Shown: positions 1 through 11,298 of the stretch, piece by piece
Numbering within the stretch: the stretch's first letter is position 1
Layout: each line of letters begins with the position of its first letter
NCBI GenBank assembly: GCA_030167865.1
Contig: JALAGF010001278.1
Coordinates: forward strand, 1 to 64,000
DNA from: Craspedostauros australis
Lineage: Eukaryota
Length of the DNA: 64,000 nt
Direction: 5' to 3'
Translations under genes and position numbers: made by a program
Notes under the pieces: model-generated
Database searches by the model: none
What the model was told of the DNA's origin: nothing
What the model saw: only the letters and a program-made list of their open reading frames with translations

Positions 1-1309
1 CTCTTTCCGCGTCGTGCCATCAGCTCAGCAGATGAACATGACATCCCATGTTGAAGGGGAGCAACGCAGGTTGCGCAGGACTTTTATTGACAAACTAAGC
101 ATCGCATTAAATAGTATTCTATTACAATGCTTTGCACACCACAGAATAAGTCATTGTGCTCCATTGCATTATATAATACTGTGTTGTGTGGTATTCGCAA
201 GTGTTGCTGTTGCAGCTGATGCGCAGGGATGCTGCTGGCACGACACGCCCAAAGGAGGAAACCCCAAACCGAGCCAAATCACCAACAACGCGAGGAATCA
301 ACGTGTCACCAAATCTGCCGCAACGTCACCATCCACCCCGTTGGATGCCATCGCCGTCTGATATCGACCGTCAATAACGTCATCATTTTCGTCCGCGGTG
401 AAGACAAGTCGGCCAGGTATTTGTGTCGTAGAAGCTAGCTAAATATATCTAAACCTATTGGACAACACGCTACATCGTTTGCAAAAAAAGTCATGTTGTC
501 CGATAAAAAATCGGCAGGAATGTACGATCGTACCCTGAATGGGGCCGTACTACTAACAGGCACCCAACCAGTGGAAGGATGCTGCCATTGCTCTCTCAAG
601 ACTGGTGTGTGCGCTGGTGCTCGCGAGGTAATAGTGTTGGGACGATTGTTGTTACATGTGCTGCTCTCTTCGCTAATTTATAGATGCTATCAAATCATTC
701 CATGGCAATACTTGGGCCAAGGTTTGATCTGATCTACTCGAAAGAAGAGGTCGTGGGACAGCACATGACCATTCGCGGTTTAGACTCCAATGTGGACATG
801 GGCAAGACGACACAGCCTCTTGTGCAGACGGCTGTAATCCTTTTTCCTTTCAGACTTTCATGCGGTTGATACCGGTAGGCAGACACTTCGTCGCCGGTCG
901 TCTCCGTGCACAAGATACGTCGCCTCTATGGACGTCAGGAACAGGCTCACTCCCGGATAGACATGCAAATGCAGATGCGAATGCAATGGGGAGGGGGTGA
1001 GGGGGGTTTGCGAGATGGATCACTGTTCATTTTGTTTGTGTTGGTTGGGGTTGGTTCGGTTGCGTAGCGTTTCAATTGATTCGGGGTGAGGGTGGTTGTG
1101 TTGAATATGGATGTGTGGATGTGAGTATGACACAGGCTCTGAACGACGACGGACCCAAGTGGTTGGTTGGTTCTCGCGTGCCTCACCGTCCTCTCAACAA
1201 CTGAGGATCGGCAGTTGCAGCTGCGCGTTGGACTTGGGAGCGTGGTGTCGGATGCTGTCACTCGTCGGTATACCCACACAGCGGTTGATGGATGGATCAT
1301 GCGTTGTGT

Positions 1310-4300
1310 TTACGAAGAGCATGCACCTGCGTTGACGGTGGGGCAGTCGGTGATCGGGTTGGAGATGGTGTAGGTCTGCGCAGGGTCGCCGGGGCACATG
1401 TCGGTGGCGACACAGCTCTGGCAACTGTTGCTGGTCATGCAGATGCCCATCTCGATGACGAGGTCATCGACCGCAGCGTCGGCATCTGCGGCGCCGTTGC
1501 AGCTGTCGACGGACATGCAGGCGCCCACTCCAATGTTGAGGCTTCCTTCGGTCTTTCCAGCTCCGCGGTGGACGTTCTCGCACGAGTTCTGTCCCTGGCA
1601 TCCCTCCTCTTGCACGATGATATCGGCAAGAACTGGTGTGAGGGTCATCGATGACTGGTCCACGCGGACACCCATGTTGCGGCAGCTCTCCACACCGTTG
1701 CATGCGGCACGCTCAATGCGGATGTTCCCGTAGATGTTCTTTCCAAGGTTTTCACAACCGTTGGCGTTGGTGCAGGCGGCTGGTCCGATGATGGTGTGAC
1801 CAATGACGGCCGCGGGGTCGGGTACATTATCGTAGCTGCCAAGGCCAGTGCAGGACATCGTATTGAGGCAGCTGCCGAGGATGATGGCGTCGGGGCCAAC
1901 AGAGTCGCAGGACATCGCTGTGGAGCACGAGTCTGGAGTGATGGTGATGACACCTGTGCTGGATGGCGTGCAATCGGCGGAGGAAGGGCAGCACGGGCCA
2001 GCCGTCGTGCATGCATTGGAGAGATCCGTTTCATCTCCAGTCAAGATAATGCCACTGCCCTCGAGGGCGCCAAGGATGGCGGTGATGGCACTTTCGTCGT
2101 TCTTGATGGTGTCGAAGCGTCTTTGGGCGACATCGGTGGTGACCGTGCTTCCACCGGGGGCACATCCGAAGATACTCTTGACGAGTCTGTCCTTGTTAGC
2201 AGGGAGCGATTCGATGGCGTTCACGAAATTGCTGCACACGCCCATGTTGTCATCGCAGAGCACCTCTTGTCCCGAATTGATTGCGGAGTCAACATCGCCT
2301 GGAGTTGCAAGGCAGAGTGTCTGCAGCGTAGTCTTGTTGATGGTTGGAGCAGCGGTTGGTTCGATGGTGGGTCCGTCGGATGGAAGGACACTTGGGATGT
2401 TGGACGGACCAATGGATGGGAGCACGGATGGCAGGTCGGATGGAGTTGCGCTCGGCGTTCCGGTTGGGCCAAGCGACGGGAGCTCGGACGGAAGGACGGA
2501 CGGGACGTCGCTCATGAGCGGAGTTGGGGCGAAGGTGGGGCACTCGGTTGGGCGATCGGCCCTGCTGACGCAGAAGTCTGTTTCAACGGCACCGGTGGGG
2601 TTGCCCATGGTGTCGGGGGGGCACGCGAGGGTTGAGCTGATGACGTACACCTGGTTGAACGGGGTGGGGCAGTTGTCAAGGACGCATCCCTTGCAGATTT
2701 CGGTTGTGACGCAATTGTCAGCCACGACGACCACGTCCGTGGTCATCAAGTTACTGTCGGCCAGCCCTTCGCAGGCGCTCGTGCCAACGCAGGCTCCGTC
2801 CTCGATGCTGAGGCTTCCGCCGATCTTGGCTCCCGTACCGCCAGTACCGGAGGAGTGGGCTCTGTTGCACGCATTGGCGTTGTTGCAGGCGTTCTGCCCG
2901 ATGTTGATACTGGCCACGGTGCGTCCTGCTGTGGTCTGCGCTAGACGCACTCCAACCTCGGTACAGGAGTTCGCTCCAACACAAGCGCCGTTCTGGATGA
3001 TCACATCGCCGTAGGAGAACGCTCCAAGGTTCTGGCAAGAGGCCGCAGTGGTGCAGGCCACTTCGCCGACGAAGGTGACTCCGGATGCCACCGGGTCCGC
3101 CGGATTGTCGTTTGCGTTCATGCCCATGCATGCGTTAGCCCCGTTGCAGGAAGATTCGAGGACGATGGCGTTGGGTCCCATGCTATCGCATGCCATTGCT
3201 CCCACGCATGCATTAAGCGCGACGGTCATGAAGTCGGTAGGGGAAGTGGAGGTGCAGACAGTAGCATCTGCGCAGCAAGTTGCGCCCGGAGCATTCGAGC
3301 AAGCCGTAGAAATATCACTGCCAGCCGGGGCGGTGACGAATTGGGTTCCTGTGGAGAAGGCCATCTCGAGCTGCTGGGAGAGGTCTGGATTGGAGGCGAA
3401 CTTGTTGAACAGAGTGCGGGATGCTCCCTCGCTCATACCGTCACCGGCGCATGCGAAGAATGTCTGAAGATCCGGGAGGCCGCGGACGGCAAGGATGGCC
3501 TCACGGCACGAGGCCTTGTCCCTGTTGCAGATGATGGTCTTGATGTCTCCCACAGTCGTCGCCATGGACATGATGAAATCGGGATTGCACTGAAGGGTGA
3601 TGGTGGCGTCGAACGCCGTTGGTGCGGATGTGGGGGCGGAGGTTGGTGCAGAAGTTGGGGCAGATGTGGGGGCAGAGGTTGGTGCGGAGGTTGGTCCCGA
3701 CGTTGGTGCGGATGTTGGCGCTGAGGTTGGTCCCGAAGTTGGGGCCGAGGTTGGCGCGGATGTTGGTCCCGACGTTGGAGCCGAGGTTGGCGCGGATGTG
3801 GGTGCGCTAGTTGGGGCGGATGTCGGTGCCGAAGTGGGTGCGCTGGTTGGTGCTGCGGTTGGCGCGGTTGGGGCCGAAGTTGGTGCGGATGTTGGCGCCG
3901 CGGTTGGAGCCGAGGTTGGTGCCGCTGTTGGCATGCCTGGTGTGGCGGTCGGGGCAGAAGTCGGTGCCGACGTAGGAACGCTGGTCGGTGCCGAAGTTGG
4001 TGCCGAGGTTGGAGCCGATGTTGGGGCGCTGGTTGGGGCCGAAGTCGGTGCGGATGTTGGTGCCGATGTTGGTGCCGATGTTGGGGCGCTGGTCGGTGCC
4101 GAAGTCGGTGCCGAAGTCGGTGCGGATGTCGGGGCGCTGGTCGGTGCGGCCGTTGGCATGCCAGGGGTGGCGGTCGGGGCAGACGTCGGTGCCGACGTAG
4201 GGGCCGAAGTTGGGGCGCTGGTGGGAGCCGAAGTTGGGGCACTGGTCGGTGCGGATGTCGGTGCCGAGGTTGGGGCGCTGGTCGGTGCGGCCGTTGGCAT

Positions 4301-4537
4301 GCCAGGGGTGGCGGTCGGGTTGCTGGTTGGTGCTTCCGTGTCCTTGTTCTTCTTGCCACCCTCCTTGTCTTGCTTGTCGCCGTCGCCATCGCCAGCCTTG
4401 AGGGTACGGGTGGCTTGCATCATGACGTGAAGCTCTTCGGTCTGGCCCACGGCTCTGCTGCCGCGCAGCACGGCCTCCGTTGAGCCCACATGGGCGAGGA
4501 GGAGCGCGCTGAGGATGGCCGCCTTGATCTTGAACAT
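1310..4537 (-). CDS. Secreted mucin-like glycoprotein (1075 aa): signal peptide, PT(S/A)A repeat tract, two copies of a helical + Cys-rich module
   Basis: ATG at 4537 gives the signal peptide MFKIKAAILSALLLAHVGSTEA, then LRG and RTL motifs. PTSA tetrapeptide array at about 3617-4320 and a PSxx linker at about 2345-2545. Two paralogous Cys-rich blocks (ACDSMGPNAIV vs SCDSVGPDAII). The longer ORF start at 4708 is a GTG and probably lies in an intron or UTR. Confidence 0.85.
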   Translation of the reverse strand: MFKIKAAILSALLLAHVGSTEAVLRGSRAVGQTEELHVMMQATRTLKAGDGDGDKQDKEGGKKNKDTEAPTSNPTATPGMPTAAPTSAPTSAPTSAPTSAPTSAPTSAPTSAPTSAPTSAPTATPGMPTAAPTSAPTSAPTSAPTSAPTSAPTSAPTSAPTSAPTSAPTSAPTSAPTSAPTSAPTSVPTSAPTSAPTATPGMPTAAPTSAPTAAPTSAPTSAPTAPTAAPTSAPTSAPTSAPTSAPTSAPTSAPTSGPTSAPTSAPTSGPTSAPTSAPTSGPTSAPTSAPTSAPTSAPTSAPTSAPTAFDATITLQCNPDFIMSMATTVGDIKTIICNRDKASCREAILAVRGLPDLQTFFACAGDGMSEGASRTLFNKFASNPDLSQQLEMAFSTGTQFVTAPAGSDISTACSNAPGATCCADATVCTSTSPTDFMTVALNACVGAMACDSMGPNAIVLESSCNGANACMGMNANDNPADPVASGVTFVGEVACTTAASCQNLGAFSYGDVIIQNGACVGANSCTEVGVRLAQTTAGRTVASINIGQNACNNANACNRAHSSGTGGTGAKIGGSLSIEDGACVGTSACEGLADSNLMTTDVVVVADNCVTTEICKGCVLDNCPTPFNQVYVISSTLACPPDTMGNPTGAVETDFCVSRADRPTECPTFAPTPLMSDVPSVLPSELPSLGPTGTPSATPSDLPSVLPSIGPSNIPSVLPSDGPTIEPTAAPTINKTTLQTLCLATPGDVDSAINSGQEVLCDDNMGVCSNFVNAIESLPANKDRLVKSIFGCAPGGSTVTTDVAQRRFDTIKNDESAITAILGALEGSGIILTGDETDLSNACTTAGPCCPSSADCTPSSTGVITITPDSCSTAMSCDSVGPDAIILGSCLNTMSCTGLGSYDNVPDPAAVIGHTIIGPAACTNANGCENLGKNIYGNIRIERAACNGVESCRNMGVRVDQSSMTLTPVLADIIVQEEGCQGQNSCENVHRGAGKTEGSLNIGVGACMSVDSCNGAADADAAVDDLVIEMGICMTSNSCQSCVATDMCPGDPAQTYTISNPITDCPTVNAGACSS
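3617..4320 (-). repeat. Coding 12-bp tandem repeat (PTSA/PTAA/PTSG)n
   Basis: Degenerate 12-nt units such as gccgaagttggt, gcggatgttggt and gcgctggtcggt on the + strand. This array also explains the overlapping antisense VGA(E/D/L) ORF. Confidence 0.95.
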
Positions 4538-6898
4538 CTTGGTGGTTGTTTGGTGCCTGCAGCAAGTAGGTAGCGAGGATTGGTGCATGTGGTGGTAGGG
4601 GAAGAGCGAGATTTGTGTCAGAAGCGGGTGATGGGTCAGTTGTTGCGTGTCTTCGAATTTGAAGGTTTCGCCATTTTCGGGATCCATGTTGGTCGTGGAT
4701 GTGGTCACGAGTCATCGAGTCCCGATGGGCACAGATCGCTGACACACACCAACATCACTCAATTTGCGAACGCGATGGGGCGACCACAAGGAGGGACGAG
4801 TTCCCATGCTTTCGTTGGACACTGGTCGGCAGAGCAGCGGGCATCCACAGCTTCCTTCGCAACGAGGTGCTGTTGCGATAGTTATGACGATGAGCGCACC
4901 AGCAGACGAGGAGGGAGGCGTCGTGCACAAGACGGAAAGGCGTCTTGTTGGCCAGTGGTCGTATTGCACCATAATCCCCATCGCCATTCATCACGCTGCG
5001 TCGTCCAGTGCATATCGCCGCGTCATGATGCCATGACACCGTGCGCGGTGCTCTGTTTGAGTCTGCTTGTGCTGCACTCACCTCTCAGTTGTTGCTGTTG
5101 TTGTTGGTTGTGTCTGCTGATGGTCTGGCAGCTTGTGATCACTGTTTGCAATGCTTGGTTGGTTGCTTTGCTTTTGTGATCCTGTCGGTTTTGTGAGAAC
5201 ATCTGACTCTGTTGCGAAACTCATTTTCTCGGTGCCGCAGAAGTGATTTCGGTTTGGGCCTGCGTTGAACGGGCTGTTTTCACGTGATGCAGTTTGGATT
5301 GCTGGTTTGTTTCTGTTTCTGTTCTCGCGGTTGCGTTGGATTTGTTGTCGTCGAAGGAGTTGCTGCTTCTGGTCTTGGTCTTGTTGGCTTTCAGTTGGCG
5401 GCCAGGTCCAAACGATACAACGGAATGAGCGCCAAACAGTGCACAAAATTGTCCAACTAAAACACTCCGCAGCCGTTGGCACGCCAATGAGAGAGCTGGC
5501 CATGACAACCGTCACGTGCATACATGTAAGAACTAGTTTGTAGTTACATGTGCTTTCCTATGTTTTTCATTCGTGAGTCTTTCTCTATGACAAAAACAGC
5601 AGCTCGCAATAGTTGGACACGCGCACCTCGGATGTCATTTGAATCGTGATGGATGGACTCTCCGTTCAACGTGTTTGCCGTTTTTGGCTTCCGTTGTGGC
5701 TGATCTCTTGCTGTCTGCCACGAGCGACGGTCGTTGTCGCTTGTCTTCTCTTCGCTGGAAACGAAACATGCTGTATCACCAAAACAGGTGCAGCTCGGTG
5801 GAATTTTGGAGAGAGCGCGGAGCCAGCCAGTGGCCGGCTCGCGTTTTTGTCGATGGTGGGAAACGGCCATTCTTGTCATCACACATGGCCAGACGCGCCT
5901 GAATGATTGTTTGAAATGAAGTGACATTCGGAATTGTGGCTTCGTAAAAGCCGTCATCCTGCCCAGGCAGTTTTCGAGGGCTGAGGTATCGCTGTTTTCG
6001 GTCACGTGCGCGTTGCCTTGCAAGTTCTGTCAATTTTGTGCCGGCCCTGTACTTCTTCAGGCACTGCCATGCTTTTCTCGAAACATAGCGATGAGGTTGA
6101 GGACTGCGACATGCCGCGGCGGTCCAACGGGGGTGGAAAAGGACTGGAATCCGCGGGAGGATTTCAACATGCGCGCTTCTTCTTGGGATGTGGATACGAT
6201 GTCGCTTCACTTGTTTGCGTGGTGCAGGGTGCCTTGGCGGCAACAACGACAATCGTGCTCCAACGGACAGGTTGTCGATGCCAACGACCATTCAGCTCCT
6301 GCGCGCGATCTTTTCTGGTTTCGTTCGCCCTGTCCTTCGCGCCAAGGGACGAGGGACAACTCGTTTCGTACTGAATCAGGAAGGACGCCCAGACGCATTT
6401 TCTGTATTTGTACGCGGACCATGTGTCCGGTACCGCATGGAAGGGCGATCCTGCGCTCTCGATAAGACCTCGTCTGTCCGAAATCCTCTGACGGTAAGAA
6501 ATCGGCGTAACGCATTCCTGTTCTACATGTACTATACTACGTGTACACTAGATACTGTGGTATCTCTTCCAAGGCGATCGTATTGGCAGGAACGCATTCG
6601 TGGCTCCCGCCGTAAGTACAAACAATTACACTTTCCCTCAGAACCACACGCACGAATTCACCTTCCTTGCCGCGCTTCTTCTGGATGATCCTCTGGAGGG
6701 CATCACAGGGCATCTACATATGCTCCGGGACCATGTAATGCCATCCCAACGCGACCAACCACCGCCATCATTTTTCCGTGCTCTGCGTTGCTGTATTCTG
6801 GAACAAGACGACACACAACGTTATGGTGTAGCCCGGAACGCAACTCTGTGTGACATGCTAGAGTATGTACTCGAGAGTACAATAAAATTCGTGCGATC

Positions 6899-8256
6899 TC
6901 AGCTTCTGCCGTTATCATCGTCATCATTGTTCAGCAGCACCCTCTTTGGTAAACTTGTGATGGTCGTGATGGCCTCGTCGTTGATGCGTGCCACGATATC
7001 AAAGGTCGGTTCGATGCCTTCTACCTCGCCGACACCTTGCCCGCACAGCACGGCGGCCATGTCGCTGTCCCCAACCTCGTTCGCATGCTTGTACTTTTCC
7101 ATCCACGCCGGAGGTGCTGCGGAATCCAGCACTTTCTCCAATTCCCGCTGACGGGTGTCCCATTTGTCCGTGATGTCATTCCGCAATGCCCCGCAGGAAT
7201 CATACGGATCCGGCCATTGTATCGATCTGTAGGAATTCCAGATGGCATCGAAGCTCTGCGTACGAACGACATCATCCCCGCTCGTTGCTTTCGCCAGCTT
7301 TTCTTTGAAACGTGCATTGCCCAGCGCCTCATTCGATGCCCAAAGTCGCGTCCCAAGAACCACTCCGTCGCATCCCACGGACATCATGCCCGCCATGGTT
7401 CTGCCATCGCAGATACCGCCGGCCGCAAGCACCGGGATCCCATTCGGCGCTGCAAGACCGACGATCCTCGCCGCCAATGGCAACGTCCCGCTTCCAACCT
7501 CGCGGCGCAATCCATGCCCGCCAGCCTCGCTGCCTTGCGCGATGATGGCATCGACTCCGCTTTCCAGGGCTTCTGCGGCATCAGCGGCGCTTCCAACCTG
7601 CGCCATCACCAACGCACCATGCGCATGCGCCAAATCCACATTCGTCGCCGCCGTGGTGCTGTGGCCACCTTTGCGAGCAATCGCTGGGGCAAAGAATTGG
7701 ACCACGTCCGGGCGATGCGTTTGCAGCACCTCCTCGAACGCCCTCCAACCGCGGGCGTCGCCACCGTAGGTCGAGTGGCCGATGAAGCCGATGCACAGCG
7801 GGGAGTTGGGAGCGTGCTGGCGCAAGATCTCGATTTCAGAATCCAATGACGATGTCAAATGTCCCGCGGCGAGGAATCCCAGCCCTCCGGCACGGCAGGT
7901 CTCGGCGGCGAGCAGTCCACCGCTGACTCCCAACATGGGGGCGCCCATGATCTGCACAGCGGATCGCGCGATGCGAGCATTGGGCGATATGTGGCAAGAT
8001 GGAAGCAATTGTATGGTGTGAAGCCAGATGGATGAACGGCGATGGATAAGAGGGGGCAGCATGGCCACCAACGTATGCAAGACCAGAGGGATCATGAAGC
8101 GCAGCGTGGCGCAGCATGCATGCACTGGCAGAGAACTCTGAAAAAGTCGCTATCAATACTCGCAACGATGTGACAACACTCGAGTTGAACAGTTGGCACA
8201 GCACTCACAGGAAGGCTGCAGGGGAAACGTTGCGTAAAAGGAGTATTCCACTTCAT
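6899..8256 (-). CDS. Nitronate monooxygenase (2-nitropropane dioxygenase) family FMN enzyme, 2 exons (8256-8209, 7951-6899; 366 aa)
   Basis: Motifs IMGAPM, AGGLGFL, QGSEAGGHG, VLAAGGICDGR and GVVLGTR. The GTGAGT...GCAG intron at 8208-7952 yields a typical N-terminus, MKWNTPFTQRFPCSLP|IMGAPML. Confidence 0.9.
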
Positions 8257-8790
8257 GATGTCTCTCGTCTCGTCTTATGAAGCGATCGCTGCTGTTGCTG
8301 CTGGTGCTGTTTCTGTTGCGGCCGTCTCTTCTGTTGCACTCAAGCAGTGATGTGACACGAAAAGATACCCTCGCGATGCATGCAGGTGTCTCGTTCTTGT
8401 GAGTTTCTGTCTTGAACACTTGGCGCGAAGGGGAGCGACACGAAGGAACACAAAAGAGCGTCAAAGAAGTTCTCAAACATCACACGGCGTGATCCTCCGA
8501 CTCAATGGACTTGAATCAATTCGATCGATCACATCAAAAGCGAACCTCGGCGTGATGGCGGCAGAAAGATCGGCGACGGAGAGGCGGATCATCGCGGAGG
8601 GTGTTGCGGCCCACTTCTTCCTCTCCTGTGTGTTGGATGGCTTGTGGTGTTTGTTGTTTGCTCCAATCATCTGAGTGCTATCTGTCACGGCATACTGATT
8701 TGTCGATTGCTGATGCAGGTGCCATGCATGTACCATACGACTATGCATTCAACCACCAACCAAGCCATCAACCGAACCACCAATCCAACT

Positions 8791-11298
8791 ATGAAGAGTG
8801 CCGCAAGCATGATGCTCCTGGCGCTGGCGATTGCGTTGCTGGCTGCTGCCAAGGTGGATGCCTTCCTTGTGACAAGCAGGCCCAACGGCCATCGCACCCA
8901 CACGTCTGCAGTCCGTCCTCTCCATGTTTTCCCACAACAGCATGAATACCTGCACCAATGTTCACATCCACGACGACGGAGATGGGGATGGCATGCCAAT
9001 GGACGCACCAGTGCTGCGAGAATGCTCACAATGAGTGCTTTCATCAATCACAATCACAATCACAAGGATGAGCATCGAAGAATAGGAAGAAGAGGAAGAG
9101 TGCCAACAGCAGTGACATCTGCTGCTGCTGCTTCTGGCACCACTGCTGCTACTACGACTACGACCACGACCATGACTACTACATCTCTCCGCGCGCTGAA
9201 CGTCCCCATCGAAGGACTCCTCGAAGACCACGATCGATTGGAGAAGTTCGACGCCACCATCCGCGCCCTGCAGACGGAACTGCCTCGCACGTTGACGCGC
9301 CCCCTGACGGGCGTCTCGGCCGCTCGCATCTACGCCAGCGACTTCCAGCTCGTCGTGGGCGAGGACGCAGGCGTCACGCTGTGCAATTCCCGCACCGAGC
9401 TCATCAACCTCTCGGAGGTGCTGGTGCTGGGCACGGCGGCGACGCAGCGGGCGACCTCGGTCTTCGTCAATGCCGTGGTGGGTTCGCAGGGGGCGGGGGG
9501 TGCGCCGTCCACGGTGCACTGCCAGCTCATCCTGGATGAGTCTTTCAGCCGGCTGCTGATTCCGTGGAAGACGACGACGTCGCCGTTTGGTTCCTTGATG
9601 GAGGCCTTCACGGCCAGCACGGTCGCGGCCGCAGCAAGCAGGAGCACCAATGGCAGCAACAATGGGAACAACGACATTGCCAAAGTGAACATCGAGGGGA
9701 TATCCGAATTCATTCTGGACCCCGCAACGTCCAAGATCAAGACGCACAGGATCCTCAAGGTCGTTTGGAATGGCACGCCCGTGAACAACGCCGTCATCGG
9801 ACAGACCCTGCGTGGATTGCAGGATACGGTGGGGCAGGTTCAGCAGTCACCGTTGCTCGGCCTGCTCTTGCCGGGAAGTTCGCAGCTGTCGGCCAATCTG
9901 TTCAAGGATATTCGAGATGGTCTGATGCAGCAGGCCATCGCCGCTGCGGATCTGCAGGAAGCCGATGGTGGCAATTCGCAGCCGTTGCCGGAAGTCTTGG
10001 TGATGTCGCAAGAAGAGATGGAATCCAAGGCGCAGTTTGTAGAGGGGGGTGCGAGTGCAAGCAAGAGCAGCAGCAGCAATAAGAATGACACGGCGCAACC
10101 AAAGACCGATCCATCATCGCCCGTCGATCCATCATCCCCCATCCCGGGCACGCCCTCATGGACACAGTACAAGATCGCACACAACGCACTGTCGTCGTTC
10201 TGCCACGACGTCATCCCCCTGCTGGCCGGCGACGCGAGCAGCGCCGACGATCCCCTGAAATCCCGCTTCGCCTCCAACGTGACCTTCCTCGCCACCGACG
10301 GCACCGTGCTGCTGGATGGCGACGATGCCGTCGTGCATTACTTCGAGAGCCTGGCCGTGGCACGCAAAGGCACGCGCGGTCGCTGGATCCCGCAATCCAT
10401 CCACGTCAGTTGGCATCCCGATTGGACCGTGGCCGTCTCGTACACCGCCGACACGCTGCCCACGTGGACCGTGACGGGCAAGGACGAGTACCGGCTCTTG
10501 CCCGATCGCACCATCGCGAGCATCCGGCAGCTCGAATTTCATGTGCGGGACGCGAATATGGTGCTGGATGACAAGGTACTGATGCAGAACTTGATCGCTG
10601 CGTTGGAACGCGGACGGCGCAGCACCAGCTTTTTGTTGGGATCGGATGTGCTGTCTGACATACTCAAGCAAACGGCGACGATGACGGTGACGACGGCGGC
10701 GGCGGCGAGTAGTCGTGGTAGTAGTATTGCTCGCACTGCAACACCGCCGCGCCTCAACAAAGACGATGCCGCCACCATGTACTACATCATGCTGGACATT
10801 CAGGAGTACCTGCACACCATCTGGAACGTCCCCAACAGCACGAGCATCCTGGATCTGCGCGTCACAGAGCCGCCCGGCGCACAGTACATGGACGCCTCCC
10901 GCATGTGCCTGAAAGGATATTGGAACGAGACGTTGGTGCGCGGATACCCGCTGTACCGGCAGAGCATCGCGGGAAGTCTGACGCAGCTGCGACGATGGAT
11001 GGCGCGCGGCGATGTGACGATCCGCACGGCGGGTGTCGTCGTGTCGTTGGTCGCGGCCAACCGCATCCGCGTCGAATGGACGATCCGCATTGCGCCCGTG
11101 TTGCAGCTCGACCTGGTCTCCGAGTACGTCGTTGCGGGCGGCAAGATCGTGCAGCACCGCATCGTGGAGACCAAGGTGAACGGGCGGCGCACGCCGGGCG
11201 ACGAGCTGGTGCGCGTGATTCGGCAGCAGCAGCAGCAGGGTGGTATGGAGCAGCAGTGGAAGGATGTGATGGGTTGGATCACGGATCGTATCTTGTGA
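8791..11298 (+). CDS. Probable plastid-targeted protein with tandem SnoaL/NTF2-like domains (835 aa)
   Basis: Long ORF with coding-like codon usage. Signal peptide MKSAASMMLLALAIALLAAAKVDA|FLV (ASAF-type cleavage) followed by an R/S/T-rich transit peptide. NTF2-like segments IYASDFQL..EGISEFILD..IKTHRI, RFASNVTF..G.DAVVHYF and LVSEYVVAGGKIVQHRI. The domain call is inference. Confidence 0.75.
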   Translation: MKSAASMMLLALAIALLAAAKVDAFLVTSRPNGHRTHTSAVRPLHVFPQQHEYLHQCSHPRRRRWGWHANGRTSAARMLTMSAFINHNHNHKDEHRRIGRRGRVPTAVTSAAAASGTTAATTTTTTTMTTTSLRALNVPIEGLLEDHDRLEKFDATIRALQTELPRTLTRPLTGVSAARIYASDFQLVVGEDAGVTLCNSRTELINLSEVLVLGTAATQRATSVFVNAVVGSQGAGGAPSTVHCQLILDESFSRLLIPWKTTTSPFGSLMEAFTASTVAAAASRSTNGSNNGNNDIAKVNIEGISEFILDPATSKIKTHRILKVVWNGTPVNNAVIGQTLRGLQDTVGQVQQSPLLGLLLPGSSQLSANLFKDIRDGLMQQAIAAADLQEADGGNSQPLPEVLVMSQEEMESKAQFVEGGASASKSSSSNKNDTAQPKTDPSSPVDPSSPIPGTPSWTQYKIAHNALSSFCHDVIPLLAGDASSADDPLKSRFASNVTFLATDGTVLLDGDDAVVHYFESLAVARKGTRGRWIPQSIHVSWHPDWTVAVSYTADTLPTWTVTGKDEYRLLPDRTIASIRQLEFHVRDANMVLDDKVLMQNLIAALERGRRSTSFLLGSDVLSDILKQTATMTVTTAAAASSRGSSIARTATPPRLNKDDAATMYYIMLDIQEYLHTIWNVPNSTSILDLRVTEPPGAQYMDASRMCLKGYWNETLVRGYPLYRQSIAGSLTQLRRWMARGDVTIRTAGVVVSLVAANRIRVEWTIRIAPVLQLDLVSEYVVAGGKIVQHRIVETKVNGRRTPGDELVRVIRQQQQQGGMEQQWKDVMGWITDRIL

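Noticed and set aside
3617..4320. Regular repeat array as a possible CRISPR
   Set aside because: Contiguous degenerate 12-mers with no unique spacers, no cas genes, and a eukaryotic coding context.
3433..4745. Long overlapping ORFs (VGAE/VGAD repeat on +; RH/P-rich and GTNF-repeat frames on -)
   Set aside because: Shadow frames of the 12-bp PTSA coding repeat; no independent start or domain evidence.
5544..6890. Several 120-180 aa ORFs
   Set aside because: No recognisable motifs, non-ATG starts and conflicting frames; decayed coding DNA cannot be excluded.
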